The notes: generated from the sequence alone by a model not told the origin. A stretch of DNA of 64,000 nucleotides from Centroscyllium fabricii (GCA_051313645.2 JBNRSN020000044.1:5456001-5520000), one strand, 5' to 3'. Shown: positions 36,530 through 49,373, counted from the first letter of the stretch. Numbers and translations are program-made.

Positions 36530-39331
36530 ATGGACACAGGGAAGGGAAAGGGGTCTGAAATGCGCCTACTTCAATGCAAGAAGTATAAGGAACAAGGCAG
36601 GAGAGCTAGGGGCATGGATGGCGACATGGGACTTCGATGTGGTGGCCATTACAGAGACATGGCTGGAGCAGGGACAGGACTGGATGCTTGGGGTTCCGGG
36701 ATACAGAAGCTTCTGGAGGAGCAGGGAGGGAGGAAAGCGCGGGGGGGGGGGGGGGGGGGGGAGTAGCACTGCTGGTCAAGGACAACGTGACAGCTACAGA
36801 AAAACACTTTGAGGGGGACACACGAACGGAGGTAGTATGGGCGGAGCTTAGAAATAGGAAGGGGGCGGTAACGTTAGTGGGAGTCTTTTATAGACCACCA
36901 AATAGTAACAGGGAGGTGGAGGAGGAAATTGCGCGACAAATAAAGGAAAGATGTGGGGGACAGAGGGTAGTTATCATGGGAGATTTCAATTTCCCTAATA
37001 TAGACTGGAATCAAGGAAGGTCAAAGAGTGCAGATGGAGAGATTTTCTTACAATGCGTGCAGGAAGGTTTCCTGACACAATACGTGGAGGAACCAACAAG
37101 GGGGGGGGGCAACTTTGGACCTGGTTCTGGGAAATGAACCAGGCCAAGTGGTAGAACTGGGGGTAAGGGAGCACTTTGGGGACAGTGACCACAACTCGGT
37201 GACGTTCACAATAGTAATGGAGAAGGATAGGAGCATGAGGCAGGGTAAGGTATACAGCTGGGGGAGGGGAAATTACGACAGGGTTAGGCACGATTTAGCT
37301 AACACCAATTGGGAACGGGAACTTGCTGGGAGAGGAACGGAAGAAAAATGGAGAGTGTTCAGGGAGCAAATTATGAAAGCCCTGGATAAGCATGTCCCGA
37401 GTAGGATGGGAAGCAAGGGCAAGATGAGAGAACCGTGGATCACGAAAGAAGTAGAACAATTAGTAAAAAAGAAGGAAGCATATGATAGAATGAGAAAACA
37501 GAGTACAGAAGGGGCAGGTAGGGAGTACAAAGAAGCAAGGAAAAAACTGAAGAATGGGCTAAGGAAAGCAAAGGGAGGGCATGAGAAGGCATTAGCGGGA
37601 AGGATAAAGGAGAACCCTAAGGCTTTCTATGCTTACGTAAGAAATAAAAGGATGACTAGGGTAAGAGTAGGGCCGATCAAAGACAGCAAGGGAGAAATGT
37701 GCACGGAGTCAGAGGAAATTGGGGAAGCACTAAATGAATATTTTGCGTCCGTGTTCACAAGGGAGAGGGAACTAAAAGTAGAGGGGGAGTACAAGATACA
37801 AGGGGAAAGGATGGGGGAAGTAAATATTCAGAGGGGGGAGGTATTAGATATTTTGGAGAAACTGAAGGTAGACAAATCTCCTGGGCCGGACGGGATATAT
37901 CCAAGGATTCTCTGGGAAGCGAGGAACGAAATCGCAGAGCCACTGACCTCTATCTTTAGTTCATCGCTATCCTCGGGGATAGTCCCTAAGGACTGGAGAG
38001 AGGCGAATGTGGCTCCCATATTTAAAAAGGGGAGCAGGGACGTGCCAGGGAACTACAGACCAGTCAGCCTCACCTCCGTGGTCGGAAAGGTGATGGAAAG
38101 GGTCCTGAGGGACAGGATCTACGACCATCTAGAAAGGGGCAAATTAATCAGAAGCAGTCAGCACGGATTCGTTAAGGGCAAATCGTGCCTGACCAACCTG
38201 ATAGAATTCTTTGAAGAGGTGACCAAGTGTGTGGACGAGGGAAAGGCGGTTGATGTCATATATATGGACTTCAGCAAGGCGTTCGACAAGGTCCCGCACG
38301 GTCGACTCATGAAGAAAGTAAGGAGTTGCGGGGTAAACAACAAAGTGGTGGGATGGATTGAGAACTGGCTGGCTCAGAGGAAGCAGAGGGTAGTGGTAGA
38401 AGGCCAATACTCGGGCTGGAGACCGGTCACCAGTGGGGTACCACAGGGGTCGGTGTTGGGGCCACTACTGTTTGTAATCTTCATCAATGACTTGGAGGAG
38501 GGGACTGAGGGGTGGGTCAGCAAATTTGCGGATGACACAAAGATTGGGGGAGAAGTGGATGAGGAGGAAGGAAGTAGAAAGATTCAGAGGGATATAGATA
38601 GGATGCAGAGCTGGGCCGAAGAATGGCAAATGGAGTTCAACACGGGGAAATGCGAGGTGATGCACTTCGGTAGGGCAAATAGGAAGAGGGAATATAGGGT
38701 CAACGGCAGGGTCCTGAGTGAAGCAGAGGAGCAAAGGGATCTGGGAGTATATGTACACAGATCATTGAAGGCTGCTACCCAGGTGGACAAGGCAGTAAAA
38801 AAGGCCTATGGTGTATTGGCCTTCATCAACAGGGGAATAGAGTTTAAGAACCGGGAGGTCATGCTACAGCTGTACAGGTCACTGGTGAGACCACACTTGG
38901 AGTACTGTGTGCAGTTCTGGGCACCGTACTACAGGAGAGATGTGGAGGCGCTGGAGAGGGTGCAGAGGAGATTCACCAGGATGCTGCCGGGAATGGGGGG
39001 AAAGTCATACGAGGAGCGGTTAAGCGAGCTGGGACTCTTCTCCCTGGAACGGAGAAGGAAGAGGGGGGACTTAATAGACATGTTTAAGATGATGAAGGGG
39101 ATCGATAGAGTAAACGTGCAGAGACTGTTTCCCCGGGTGGGAAGAACGACAACAAGAGGGCACGAGCACAAGATTCAAGGAGGAAGATTCAGAAGGGATG
39201 GCAGGGGCAAGTTCTTTACGCAGAGAGTGGTCGGGGAATGGAATAGGCTACCATCTGAAATAGTGGATGTGGACAGTCTGGGTGCTTTTAAAAGGATGAT
39301 AGACAGGTACATGGAGGGGAAGGAACAGTAG
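36530..39331 (+). CDS. CR1 ORF2p: AP endonuclease plus reverse transcriptase (two homopolymer frameshifts; start approximate)
   Basis: [47 protein letters not shown]; 738-aa uninterrupted C-terminal ORF. Confidence 0.88.
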
Positions 39332-41959
39332 GGGGGACAAGAAAAATCAGAGACGGACTAAAGGCGGCACTACATTGAGGGCCCAAGGGCCTGTACAGTG
39401 CTGTATGTTCTATGTTCTATGTTCTATGAGGAGAAACTTCTTCACTCAGAGGGTGGTTAATCTATGGAATTCGCTGCCTCAGGGAGCTGTGGAAGCGGGA
39501 ACATTAAATAAATTTAAAACGGAAATAGACTTTTTTAGCAGACAAGGGAATTAGGGTTACGGGGAGCGGGCAGGGAAGTGGACCTGAGCTATTGTTAGTA
39601 TAGCAAGACCTGAGTGATCTCCTGGACAAGTTTCGATCGCCTAGATTGGGGTCGGAGAGGAATTTCCCGGATTTTTTCCCCAAATTGGACCTGGGTTTTT
39701 ATCCGGTTTTTCGCCTCTCCCAGGAGATCACATGGTTTTTTGGGTGGGATGAAGGGGGACAGTGGGAAGAAGGTTAGGGTAGGATCAGCCATGATCTTAT
39801 TGAATGGCGGAGCGGGCTCGAGGGGCCGATTCCTGCTCCTATTTCTTATGTTATGTTCTTATTTCTTGCATAATTTTAAAATCAGAGCTGGGTTATTGAA
39901 GAGCCAAGTCAGGAAGCACCTTTTCATACAATAGGTGGAGGAAATCTGAAACTCCCCCCCATATGGCTGTGGATGGATGTTGGGTCAACTGAAATTTTCA
40001 AGTCATTTTATATCGACTTTTGTTAGGTAAGGATATCAAAGGATATTGAACAAAGGCAGGAAAATGGAGTGGAGGTTCAGATCAGCCATAATCAGGGGTC
40101 ACAGTCTAAGGATAAAGGGGAGGCCATTTAAGACCGAGATGAGGAGGAGCTTCTTCACCCAGAGAGTGGTGAATCTGTGGAATTCTCTGCCATAGAAGGT
40201 TGTTGAGGCCAGTTCGCTAAATATATTCAAAAGGGAGTTAGATATAATACTCACAACTAGGGGGATCAAGGGGTATGGTGAGAAAGCAGGAATGGGGTAC
40301 TGAGGTAGCATGTTCAGCCATGAACGCATTAAATGGCGGTGCAGGCTCGAAGGACCGAATGGTCTACTCCTGCACCTATTTTCTATGTTTCTAATCTAAT
40401 TGAATGGTGGAGCAGGCTCGAGAGGCTGAATGGCCTCCTCCTGTTCCTGTGTAACAGAGAAAACAATGGGACCAGGTCTCCTTTTCTTCACTCCAAGTGG
40501 AGGCTTTAATCAGACAACAGATTCATAGGCCCACATTTTCATGGCAACATGAGGCTGGTCATTCAAGAAAGATTGGGATGTTTACATTGTGGAGTGCAGC
40601 GGATGGAGACCCACACCACTGGACTGTCCAAGAACTTCATACTCTAACCTTTTCCTCTTTAGAAAGTGAACCCAGTATTTCAGAGGTAGATGTCAGTTAA
40701 ATTTTTTCTAATACCCTCATGAATGAGAATTGAGTCAAAAGTGTTCCCAAAAGAATTGCTAATATCGAGTCACGTATTTATCATATATTTTAATGTACAT
40801 TATAGAGAAATGAGCACTTTAAGGATTTAAGAGCCTCTCGCCCCAGCGTTTAGCACCCTGCAGTTTCTGTAAGATCCAACGTCCCCGTGCTTCTCTTTCA
40901 CTTGAGACAAACCTTGCCTCTCAGCCATCAGTGACAATGTTAGCTAACATCAATTATCCACATGCTTTAACAAGAACAGTCTTAAAGGCTAATAATACAT
41001 TCAAACATGCTCGTGCTAAAGCTTCCTTAAACACTGTGCAGTTGAAAACATTTCATAAATATAAAATTAGAAAAATACTTCTGCAGTACATAAAGGATAT
41101 TTGCTGCCAATTAATTTCCTCTATTAAGATGTCATTTTTGATAATCCCCCTCCCCTATCTGCCTTCATATGCACACTCTCGCACCTACTGGGCGAGGCAG
41201 GCAGCTGCCCTGCTCCAGGGATGGTCACCTGAAGCAGCAGTTGACATGCTGCTGTACTCTAGAGGGAGGCACTCACTCCACTCGGCATGGCTGAGCCTGG
41301 GGAACCGTGCAGGGTAACAGCAGGCATCGCGCCCGCGCTTGAACGCTGAGGCCACATCCAAGATAGATTTTTTCTTCTATTTATCATCGTGAAGATAAGC
41401 CGACAGAATGGAAAGTATTTGCCACAGTACAAAACGCTGGACTGCCAGTGACATGACTTTACTTCACAACCAGATAGCACAGGGATCAAATCACAAACAT
41501 CTGTACCCGTGTGTCACAGCCCAAGGCTCGCTATGTGGAGACAGGTGGCAAAGGGACCGACATCAAATCAGGTCGCCAATAATTGGTCACAATCACAAGA
41601 AACCTAAATTGATTATACCTGTTGGGCATGGCCGATTTACAAATAATTAACAAAGCCAGTTTAATACTTCAAGGGATTAAAACAATTGTGAAATGGGCAA
41701 GTATTTGAGAGAGAAAACAGCCTCTTTTCGATTTATAAATTTATGCAAAATTATGATGCTTCATTCAGCCCAGAAAAAATTAATTTAGGGCCAAGATTTG
41801 CACAGAAAACTGCAAATTGGGTAAATGTCCTCCTGTTTTAAAAAGTGAAAAAAATTATGAGAGTTAAGGTTGTGTTTCTTAAGGCTGCTCACTTTTAGCA
41901 TTTAAGAATTGGAATGTGGTACAGGGTATTAAGACTTTTACACCCTACATGATTGTTCT

Positions 41960-44539
41960 ACCCAAGATCCGTGCCCACACCAGGAATCACTCATCCCAAG
42001 ATCCGTGCCCACACCGGGAATCACTCATCCCAGGATCAGGGCCCACACCAGGAATCACTCATCCCAGGATCAGGGCCCACACCGGGAATCACTCATCCCA
42101 GGATCAGGGCCCACACCAGGAATCACTCATCCCAGGATCAGGGCCCACACCGGGAATCACTCATCCCAGGATCAGGGCCCACACCAGGAATCACTCATCC
42201 CAGGATCAGGGCCCACACCGGGAATCACTCATCTCAGGATCAGGGCCCACACCAGGAATCACTCATCCCAAGATCAGGGCCCACACCGGGAGTCACTCAT
42301 CCCAGGATCAGGGCCCACACCAGGAATCACTCATCCCAGGATCCGGGCCCACACTGGGAATCACTCATCCCAAGATCAGGGCCCACACCAGGAATCACTC
42401 ATCCCAGGATCAGGGCCCTCACCAGGAATCACTCATCCCAGGATCAGGGCCCACACCGGGAGTCACTCATCCCAGGATCCGGGCCCACACCGGGAATCAC
42501 TCATCCAAAGATCCGGGAATCACTCATCCCAGGATCAGGGCCCACACCAGGAATCACTCATCCCAAGATCCGTGCCCACACCGGGAATCACTCATCCCAA
42601 GATCTGGGCCCACACCGGGAAGCACTCATCCCAGGATCAGGGCCCACACACCGGGAATCACTCATCCCAAGATCAGGGCCCACACCGGGAATCACTCATC
42701 CAAAGATCCGTGCCCACACCGGGAATCACTCATCCCAAGATCCGGGCCCACACCGGGAAACACTCATCCCAAGATCCGTGCCCACACCGGGAATCACTCA
42801 TCCCAGGATCAGGGCCCACACCAGGAATCACTCATCCCAGGATCAGGGCCCACACCAGGAATCACTCATCCCAAGATCCGGGCCCACACCGGGAATCACT
42901 CATCTCAGGATCAGGGCCCACACCAGGAATCACTCATCCCAAGATCCAGGCCCACACCAGGAATCACTCATCCCAAGATCCGTGCCCACACCGGGAATCA
43001 CTCATCCCAAGATCCGTGCCCACACCGGGAATCACTCATCCCAAGATCCGTGCCCACACCGGGAATCACACATCCCAAGATCCGTGCCCACACCGGGAAT
43101 CGCTCATCTCAGGATCAGGGCCCACACCGGGAATCGCTCATCCCTGGATCCGTGCCCACACCGGGAATCACTCATCCCAGGATCAGGGCCCACACCGGGA
43201 ATCACTCATCCCAAGATCCGTGCCCACACCGGGAATCACTCATCCCAAGATCCGGGCCCACACCGGGAATCACTCATCCCAGGATCAGTGCCCACACCAG
43301 GAATCACTCATCCCAAGATCAGGGCCCACACCGGGAATCACTCATCCCAAGATCAGGGCCCACACCGGGAATCATTCATCCCAAGATCTGTGCCCACACC
43401 GGGAATCACTCATCCCAAGATCCGGGCCCACACCGGGAATCACTCATCCCAAGATCAGGGCCCACACCGGGAATCACTCATCCCAAGATCCGGGCCCACA
43501 CCGGGAATCACTCATCCCAGGATCAGGCTCTACACCGGGAATCACTCATCCCAGGATCCGTGCCCACACCGGGAATCACTCATCCCAAGATCCGGGCCCA
43601 CACCGGGAATCACTCATCCCAGGATCAGGTCCCACACCGGGAATCACTCATCCCAAGATCCAGGCCCACACCGGGAATCACTCATCCCAGGATCAGGTCC
43701 CACACCGGGAATCACTCATCCCAAGATCCGGGCCCACACCGGGAATCACTCATCCCAGGATCAGGTCCCACACCGGGAATCACTCATCCCAAGATCATGG
43801 CCCACACCGGGAATCATTTATCCCAAGATCCGTGCCCACACCGGGACTCACATCCCAAGATCAGGGCCCACACCGGGAATCATTCATCGCAAAATAAGGG
43901 CCCACACCAGGAATCATTCATCCCAAGATCCGGGCCCACACCGGGAATCACTCATCCCAAGATCCAGCCCACACCGGGAATCACTCATCCCAAGATCCAG
44001 CCCACACCGGGAATCATTCATCCCAATATCCGGGCCCACACTGGGAATCACTCATCCCAAGATCCGGGCCCACACCGGGAATCACTCATCCCAAGATCCG
44101 GGCCCACACCGGGAATCACTCATCCCAAGATCCGGGCCCACACCGGGAATCACTCATCCCAAGATCCGGGCCCACACCGGGAATCACTCATCCCAAGATC
44201 CGGGCCCACACCGGGAATCACTCATCCCAAGATCCGGGCCCACACCGGGAATCACTCATCCCAAGATCCGGGCCCACACCGGGAATCACTCATCCCATGA
44301 TCCGGGCCCACACCGGGAATCACTCATCCCATGATCCGGGCCCACACCAGGAATCACTCATCCCAAGATCCGGGCCCACACCGGGAATCACTCATCCCAA
44401 GATCCGGGCCCACACCGGGAATCACTCATCCCAGGATCCGGGCCGACACCGGGAATCATTTATCCCAGGATCCGGGCCCACACCGGGAATCACTCATCCC
44501 AAGATCCGGGCCCAGCGGGAATCATTTATCCCAGGATCA
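41960..44539. repeat. 34-bp minisatellite, about 76 copies
   Basis: Unit CCCACACCGGGAATCACTCATCCCAAGATCCGGG with variants. Confidence 0.95.
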
Positions 44540-45231
44540 GTATCTATCCGTATAGCAGAGGACTGACAGCAGATCTCAGCCTATGCGGGTGGGCAGGGAC
44601 GGTGCGGGGACAATTCCATAGTGAGCAGCAAACCTCCAATTATATTAAGAATCAGTGCTCACTCCCTCTGGAAAAGGGCAGCCAACAGTGCTCACTCCCT
44701 CTGGAAAAGGGCAGCCAACAGCACAATATTGGTGAAGCATTTGGGAATAAACACCTTCATAAATTGCCCGTGTCTTGGCATTACTTAAGTAAAAAAACAG
44801 AAAACTATTAAATGAATCTCGAGAAGCTGCATCAGAGGTTTGTAGTTCACTACTATAATTATATAAACAAGTTAATTTGGTAATTTCTATATCAATAAAA
44901 AGATAACAGACTTGAATGGTGGCATAGTGCTAATTAATTCAACTTACAGCAGTAGAAGCCCCTTAACCCACCCCTATACCGTGTGAGCCCATGGATCACA
45001 TCCTGCAGTTACCCTGAATCATTCCATAGTATCCACTCCCATAATTATTCAAATACAGGTTGAGCACCGTTAATCCGGCACGGGCGGGACCAGGCCCGTG
45101 CCGGGAAAGTGAAAATCCCGAACAATTGAAGCTTCGGCAAGCGCATGCGCAGACCATTCAAAATGGCCACCATGAAAGGTCAGCGGCTATTTTGAGTGGG
45201 CTGTGCATGCGCTTATCGTTCGGGGAGACCC

Positions 45232-47000
45232 GGCTCGGGGAGGCTCGCAGCGGCCAGGCTCGCAGCGGCCAGGCTCGGGGAGACTCGCAGCGGCCAGGCT
45301 CGGGGAGACTCGCAGCGGCCAGGCTCGGGGAGACTCGCAGCGGCCAGGCTCGGGGAGACTCGCAGCGGCCAGGCTCAAGGAGACTCGCAGCGGCCAGGCT
45401 CAAGGAGACTCGCAGCGGCCAGGCTCAAGGAGACTCGCAGCGGCCAGGCTCAAGGAGACTCGCAGCGGCCAGGCTCAAGGAGACTCGCAGCGGCCAGGCT
45501 CAAGGAGACTCGCAGCGGACAGGCTCAAGGACAGTGTTCCCCAACCGCCGGTCCGCGGACCTAAACCGGTCCGCGGAACAGTTTTACCGGTCCGTGGAAG
45601 TTTCTGTGAATCGGCGCATGCGCAGATCAATTGCCGACGGGCCGCGGCAGGGTCTGTGAATCGGCGCATGCGCCGATCATTCGCCGACGGAAGACGAGGC
45701 ACAGACGGAAGACAGCACCCCCGCCGGTCAGTCAAAAAAACAGCGCCAGCACCCCCCCACCCCCGTCAGTCAAAACAACTCCGCCAGCAACCCCCACCCC
45801 CCCCGTCAGTCAAAAAATCTCCGCCAGCACCACCACCCCCCCCCGGGTAGTCAAAAAATCTCCGCCAGCAACCCCCCCCACGCGAAAAAATTGACAAGCC
45901 CAATATGGGCCGCGGTCGCAAAAAGGTTGGGGACCCCTGCTCAAGGAGACTCGCAGCGGCCAGGCTCGGGGAGGAACGCAGCGGCCAGGCTCGGGGAGGA
46001 TCGCAGCGGCCAGGCTCGGGGAGGATCGCAGCGGCCAGGCTCGGGGAGGATCGCAGCGGCCAGGCTCGGGGAGGCCCGCAGCGGCCAGGCTCGGGGAGGC
46101 CCGCAGCGGCCAGGCTCGGGGAGGAACGCAGCGGCCAGGCTCGGGGAGGATCGCAGCGGCCAGGCTCGGGGAGGCCCGCAGCGGCCAGGCTCGGGGAGGA
46201 ACGCAGCGGCCAGGCTCGGGGAGGAACGCAGCGGCCAGGCTCGGGGAGGAACGCAGCGGCCAGGCTCGGGGAGGAACGCAGCGGCCAGGCTCGGGGAGGC
46301 CCGCAGCGGCCAGGCTCGGGGAGGCCCGCAGCGGCCAGGCTCGGGGAGGAACGCAGCGGCCAGGCTCGGGGAGGAACGCAGCGGCCAGGCTCGGGGAGGA
46401 ACGCAGCGGCCAGGCTCGGGGAGGCCCGCAGCGGCCAGGCTCGGGGAGGCCCGCAGCGGCCAGGCTCGGGGAGGAACGCAGCGGCCAGGCTCGGGGAGGA
46501 ACGCAGCGGCCAGGCTCGGGGAGGCCCGCAGCGGCCAGGCTCGGGGAGGCCCGCAGCGGCCAGGCTCGGGGAGGCCCGCAGCGGCCAGGCTCGGGGAGGC
46601 CCGCAGCGGCCAGGCTCGGGGAGGCCCGCAGCGGCCAGGCTCGGGGGAGGCCCGCAGCGGCCAGGCTCGGGGGAGGCCCGCAGCGGCCAGGCTCGGGGGA
46701 GGCCCGCAGCGGCCAGGCTCGGGGAGGCCCGCAGCGGCCAGGCTCGGGGAGGCCCGCAGCGGCCAGGCTCGGGGAGGCCCGCAGCGGCCAGGCTCGGGGA
46801 GGCCCGCAGCGGCCAGGCTCGGGGAGGCCCGCAGCGGCCAGGCTCGGGGAGGCCCGCAGCGGCCAGGCTCGGGGAGGCTCGCAGCGGCCAGGCTCGGGGA
46901 GGCTCGCAGCGGCCAGGCTCGGGGAGGCTCGCAGCGGCCAGGCTCGGGGAGGCTCGCAGCGGCCAGGCTCGGGGAGGCTCCCAGCGGCCAGGCTCGGGGT
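45232..47000. repeat. 25-bp GC-rich minisatellite (GGCCAGGCTCGGGGAGGCCCGCAGC)n, about 54 copies
   Basis: Tandem units with blocks of GACT, GGAA, GGAT, GGCC and GGCT variants. Confidence 0.95.
45532..45939. mobile_element. hAT (Charlie-like) MITE
   Basis: TIRs CAGTGTTCCCCAACC / GGTTGGGGACCCCTG; 8-bp TSD CTCAAGGA (45524-45531 and 45940-45947). Confidence 0.9.
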
Positions 47001-47697
47001 GGCTTGAGGAGACTCGGCTCGGGATCGGCTATTAGGAATGATCTGCGCATGCACTTGCCGTTCGCCAGCGCATGCGCAGATCATTCGCCAAAGCATCGAT
47101 CGCGGTGGCCATTTTGCGCATGCGCAGTGCAGTCGGGGAAATTATTGCCGGACGTTCGAAGTTACTGGTTTTTCGGGTAACGGATTAACGGTGCTCAACC
47201 TGTATCTGGAATATCGGTGCATTGCAAGTAACTGTAACAGTGCAATCTATGAATTTAGTTGAAGACAGTACATGCAGCTTAAGCGGTTAGTCTGTTCTAC
47301 GCTTAATTCACAGGCTGTCAAGTACAATCAGGACATTACTGTGTATCGTGGGCAGGTCGGTGTGGGGCACACTGGATCAATGCACCACATCATGAATTCT
47401 GCAGTACCACCATGATTCTGCACATTAAACTCCCAAACTCAGTCAGAACAAAATACTGAGCAAAAATTCTTTACTTGCCCACAGTGAGGTGAGATGAAGG
47501 GAAAGGGGTCAATCTGGGGTCCTCTATTGTACCAGCTAGAGTGGTGCAAGAACAAGTTGCAAAATTGTGACATTAAACAAGCAGTATAAAATGTTCAGAG
47601 TAACTGGAGACAGCACTGATGTTAGATTTAGTGAGTTATCCATTTGGAAACTCCATGCTCAAAGATTGTTAATTCACTTCTAAACATGTCTGCTTAC

Positions 47698-47827
47698 CCT
47701 CCATAAGCCGGGATGGCGGTGGGAGGCGCTGCTGCACGGAACGCGCTGTAGACTGCACGACCTCGCCCTCGCAGGGCGCCCCTCAGTGCAGCCGCTGTGG
47801 TGGCTGCTTGATACGGGAAACCAGGAA
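47698..47827 (-). CDS. RBFOX2: RBFOX2 130-nt exon, (V)[42 protein letters not shown](G)
   Basis: Long pyrimidine tract ending cctcag, AGG|gtaagc donor, phase 1 to 2; Fox C-terminal RG-rich motif. Confidence 0.95.
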
Positions 47828-48169
47828 CTGAGGATTCAGGGAATGGAGGAGAGAAAATTAGGATGCTGTTGTAAACACCAGTTCACGATAACCAAGAAAA
47901 ACAATCTTTCCATGAAAGGCAACAGTGGTTGTGACAATCAATCACAAACCAGTCAAAGCGTGCCAATAAAACATGGACTGACAAGCATGCAGGCCTTTGC
48001 ATTAATAAATTTACCATTAGAAGGCTCACCTATACAATGCAAAGTGTGTTTGTGTTATTTTGTCTGCAGTGTACCAACATTGTCTCAGTGTAAAATATAT
48101 CAAGTTTGAGAATATGCTAATCATACACAAGCAGGAACTTTACACTGATTGTTTCTAAATTAAGAAAAA

Positions 48170-48300
48170 GTGGGACTGGATGGTGCAGTGCGTTAGTCAC
48201 TGCTCTTTCACCTGTAGGACCAAGGCTAATCCAGCTCGGATTCATGGGCAGAAAGTCTCGGTTTGCTGCATGTCAGGGTTCAGTGTGAAATGGAAAGTCT
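48170..48300 (+). mobile_element. Ancient tRNA-SINE head fragment (LF-SINE-like)
   Basis: GGGACTGGATGGTGCAGTG...CTTTCACCTGTAGGACC resembles a recalled LF-SINE 5' end; a related remnant lies near 27990-28070. Confidence 0.35.
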
Positions 48301-48804
48301 CGATCCAGTGTACAACAGGAAGCATGTATAGTTGAGCCTTCTAATGTAGAGACGAATTTCCCAGTTTTCCCCCTAAATTGGCCCATGGGTATTTTCTATG
48401 GTTTGTAGCCTCTCCAGGAGACTTTGTGGCGTGTGGGTGGTTGGGGGAGGAAGGGCAAGAAATCAGTGGTGATGGTCTGCAGAGGTTACCCTATGATAAT
48501 ATAGGACAAGCTCGATAGACCAGCTGGTCATCTTTTGTATGTTCGTAATCTTCGTTCCATTTGCCACACCAGCCTTCAATGTTACACTGATGCAGTCGCG
48601 GTCGGTGTTTTCAGATCGGGCAACATACTTTAATCTGCAAACACCCCTGCTGCGCTTCACAGTGCAGCCACCTACAATATGATGGTATGCACATAGAAGG
48701 TCCTTCAATCAAGACTCTCTCATCCTTGACAATAAATTTGAATAAAATACGTGACTGAGTGGTTCTCAAACTGAGCCAGCGAAATACTCTTGGTGGAGCT
48801 AGAA

Positions 48805-49086
48805 CTGAACCAGAGGATTTAACACAGAGCGAAGAACCAGAGGATGAAACACAGAGCGAAGAACCAGAGGATGAAACACAGAGCGAAGAACCAGAGGATG
48901 AAACACAGAGCGAAGAACCAGAGGATGAAACACAGAGCGAAGAACCAGAGGATGAAACACAGAGCGAAGAACCAGAGGATGAAACACAGAGCGAAGAACC
49001 AGAGGATGAAACACAGAGCGAAGAACCAGAGGATGAAACACAGAGCGAAGAACCAGAGGATGAAACACAGAGCGAAGAACCAGAAG
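48805..49086. repeat. 27-bp minisatellite, about 10 near-perfect copies
   Basis: Unit GAAGAACCAGAGGATGAAACACAGAGC. Confidence 0.95.
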
Positions 49087-49298
49087 GAGTAGAACAAAAG
49101 ATCAGCAGAGAATCACAGGGCAACAAATTCAACCTAACAGTTTTGATGTCACAAACGGTAATCGCAAAGTTCAAACATTTTATGAAGAGATGGGTGGAGA
49201 CTGTATTAGGGCCTCGTAAACACTATGGCTGCTGCTCATCTCCTATAATGTATAGCGTCGTTTATTCAAATAGAACATTTGTTTTCAACTGGTCTTAC

Positions 49299-49373
49299 CG
49301 TTGTGTGTTGGGCTGAGTGCTGTAGAGGCGACGGGATGTAGGTGAAAGGGTAAAGATGATAGTGATGCAGGAC
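49299..49373 (-). CDS. RBFOX2: Candidate in-frame 75-nt RBFOX2 cassette exon, (G)PASLSSLPFHLHPVASTALSPTHN
   Basis: Branch-like TACTGAT about 25 nt upstream, actttcag acceptor, ACG|gtaaga donor, phase 1 to 1, no stop codon; homology not recognised. Confidence 0.5.

Larger units (their letters stand above)
34456..39427 (+). mobile_element. Full-length young CR1 LINE (inner, different family)
   Basis: GC-rich repeat 5' UTR, intact ORF1, ORF2 broken only at two poly-G runs, (ATGTTCT)n tail; outer CR1 resumes at ATGAGGAGAAACTTC. Confidence 0.93.
30140..39862 (+). mobile_element. Full-length CR1 LINE (outer), defective: 5' UTR, ORF1 30577-31527, ORF2 from about 31600, interrupted at about 34216 and 34456
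   Basis: ORF1 with CxxC..CxxC, leucine zipper and SGNH esterase (GDSIIR, GTND); ORF2 APE (ITETWL, MGDFN, SDHN) and RT (KFADDTK); frameshifts near 31430 and 32595. Confidence 0.92.
29790..40450 (+). mobile_element. Old CR1 3' fragment (29790-30095 plus 39870-40450) hosting nested insertions
   Basis: Degenerate RT C-terminal sequence stops at about 30095 and resumes at about 39870; another CR1 3' piece lies at about 40095-40393. Confidence 0.65.
45056..47202. mobile_element. Tigger-like MITE enlarged by a 25-bp minisatellite and a nested hAT MITE
   Basis: Perfect 22-bp TIRs CAGGTTGAGCACCGTTAATCCG, TA on both sides. Confidence 0.92.

Noticed and set aside
41916-44566. 630-794 aa ORFs in three frames
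   Set aside because: Produced by a stop-free 34-bp minisatellite; period not a multiple of three, same peptide cycles in all frames, intronic and antisense.
45810-47180. 370-430 aa ORFs on both strands
   Set aside because: Artefact of the 25-bp GC-rich array inside a MITE.
48629-48671. 43-nt AG...GT bounded segment on the minus strand
   Set aside because: Weak donor (AAA|gtatgt), poor pyrimidine tract, frameshifting, no homology recognised.
48611-49316. Acidic EEPEDETQS repeat ORF and its antisense ORFs
   Set aside because: 27-bp VNTR open in most frames; flanks have no recognisable coding signal.
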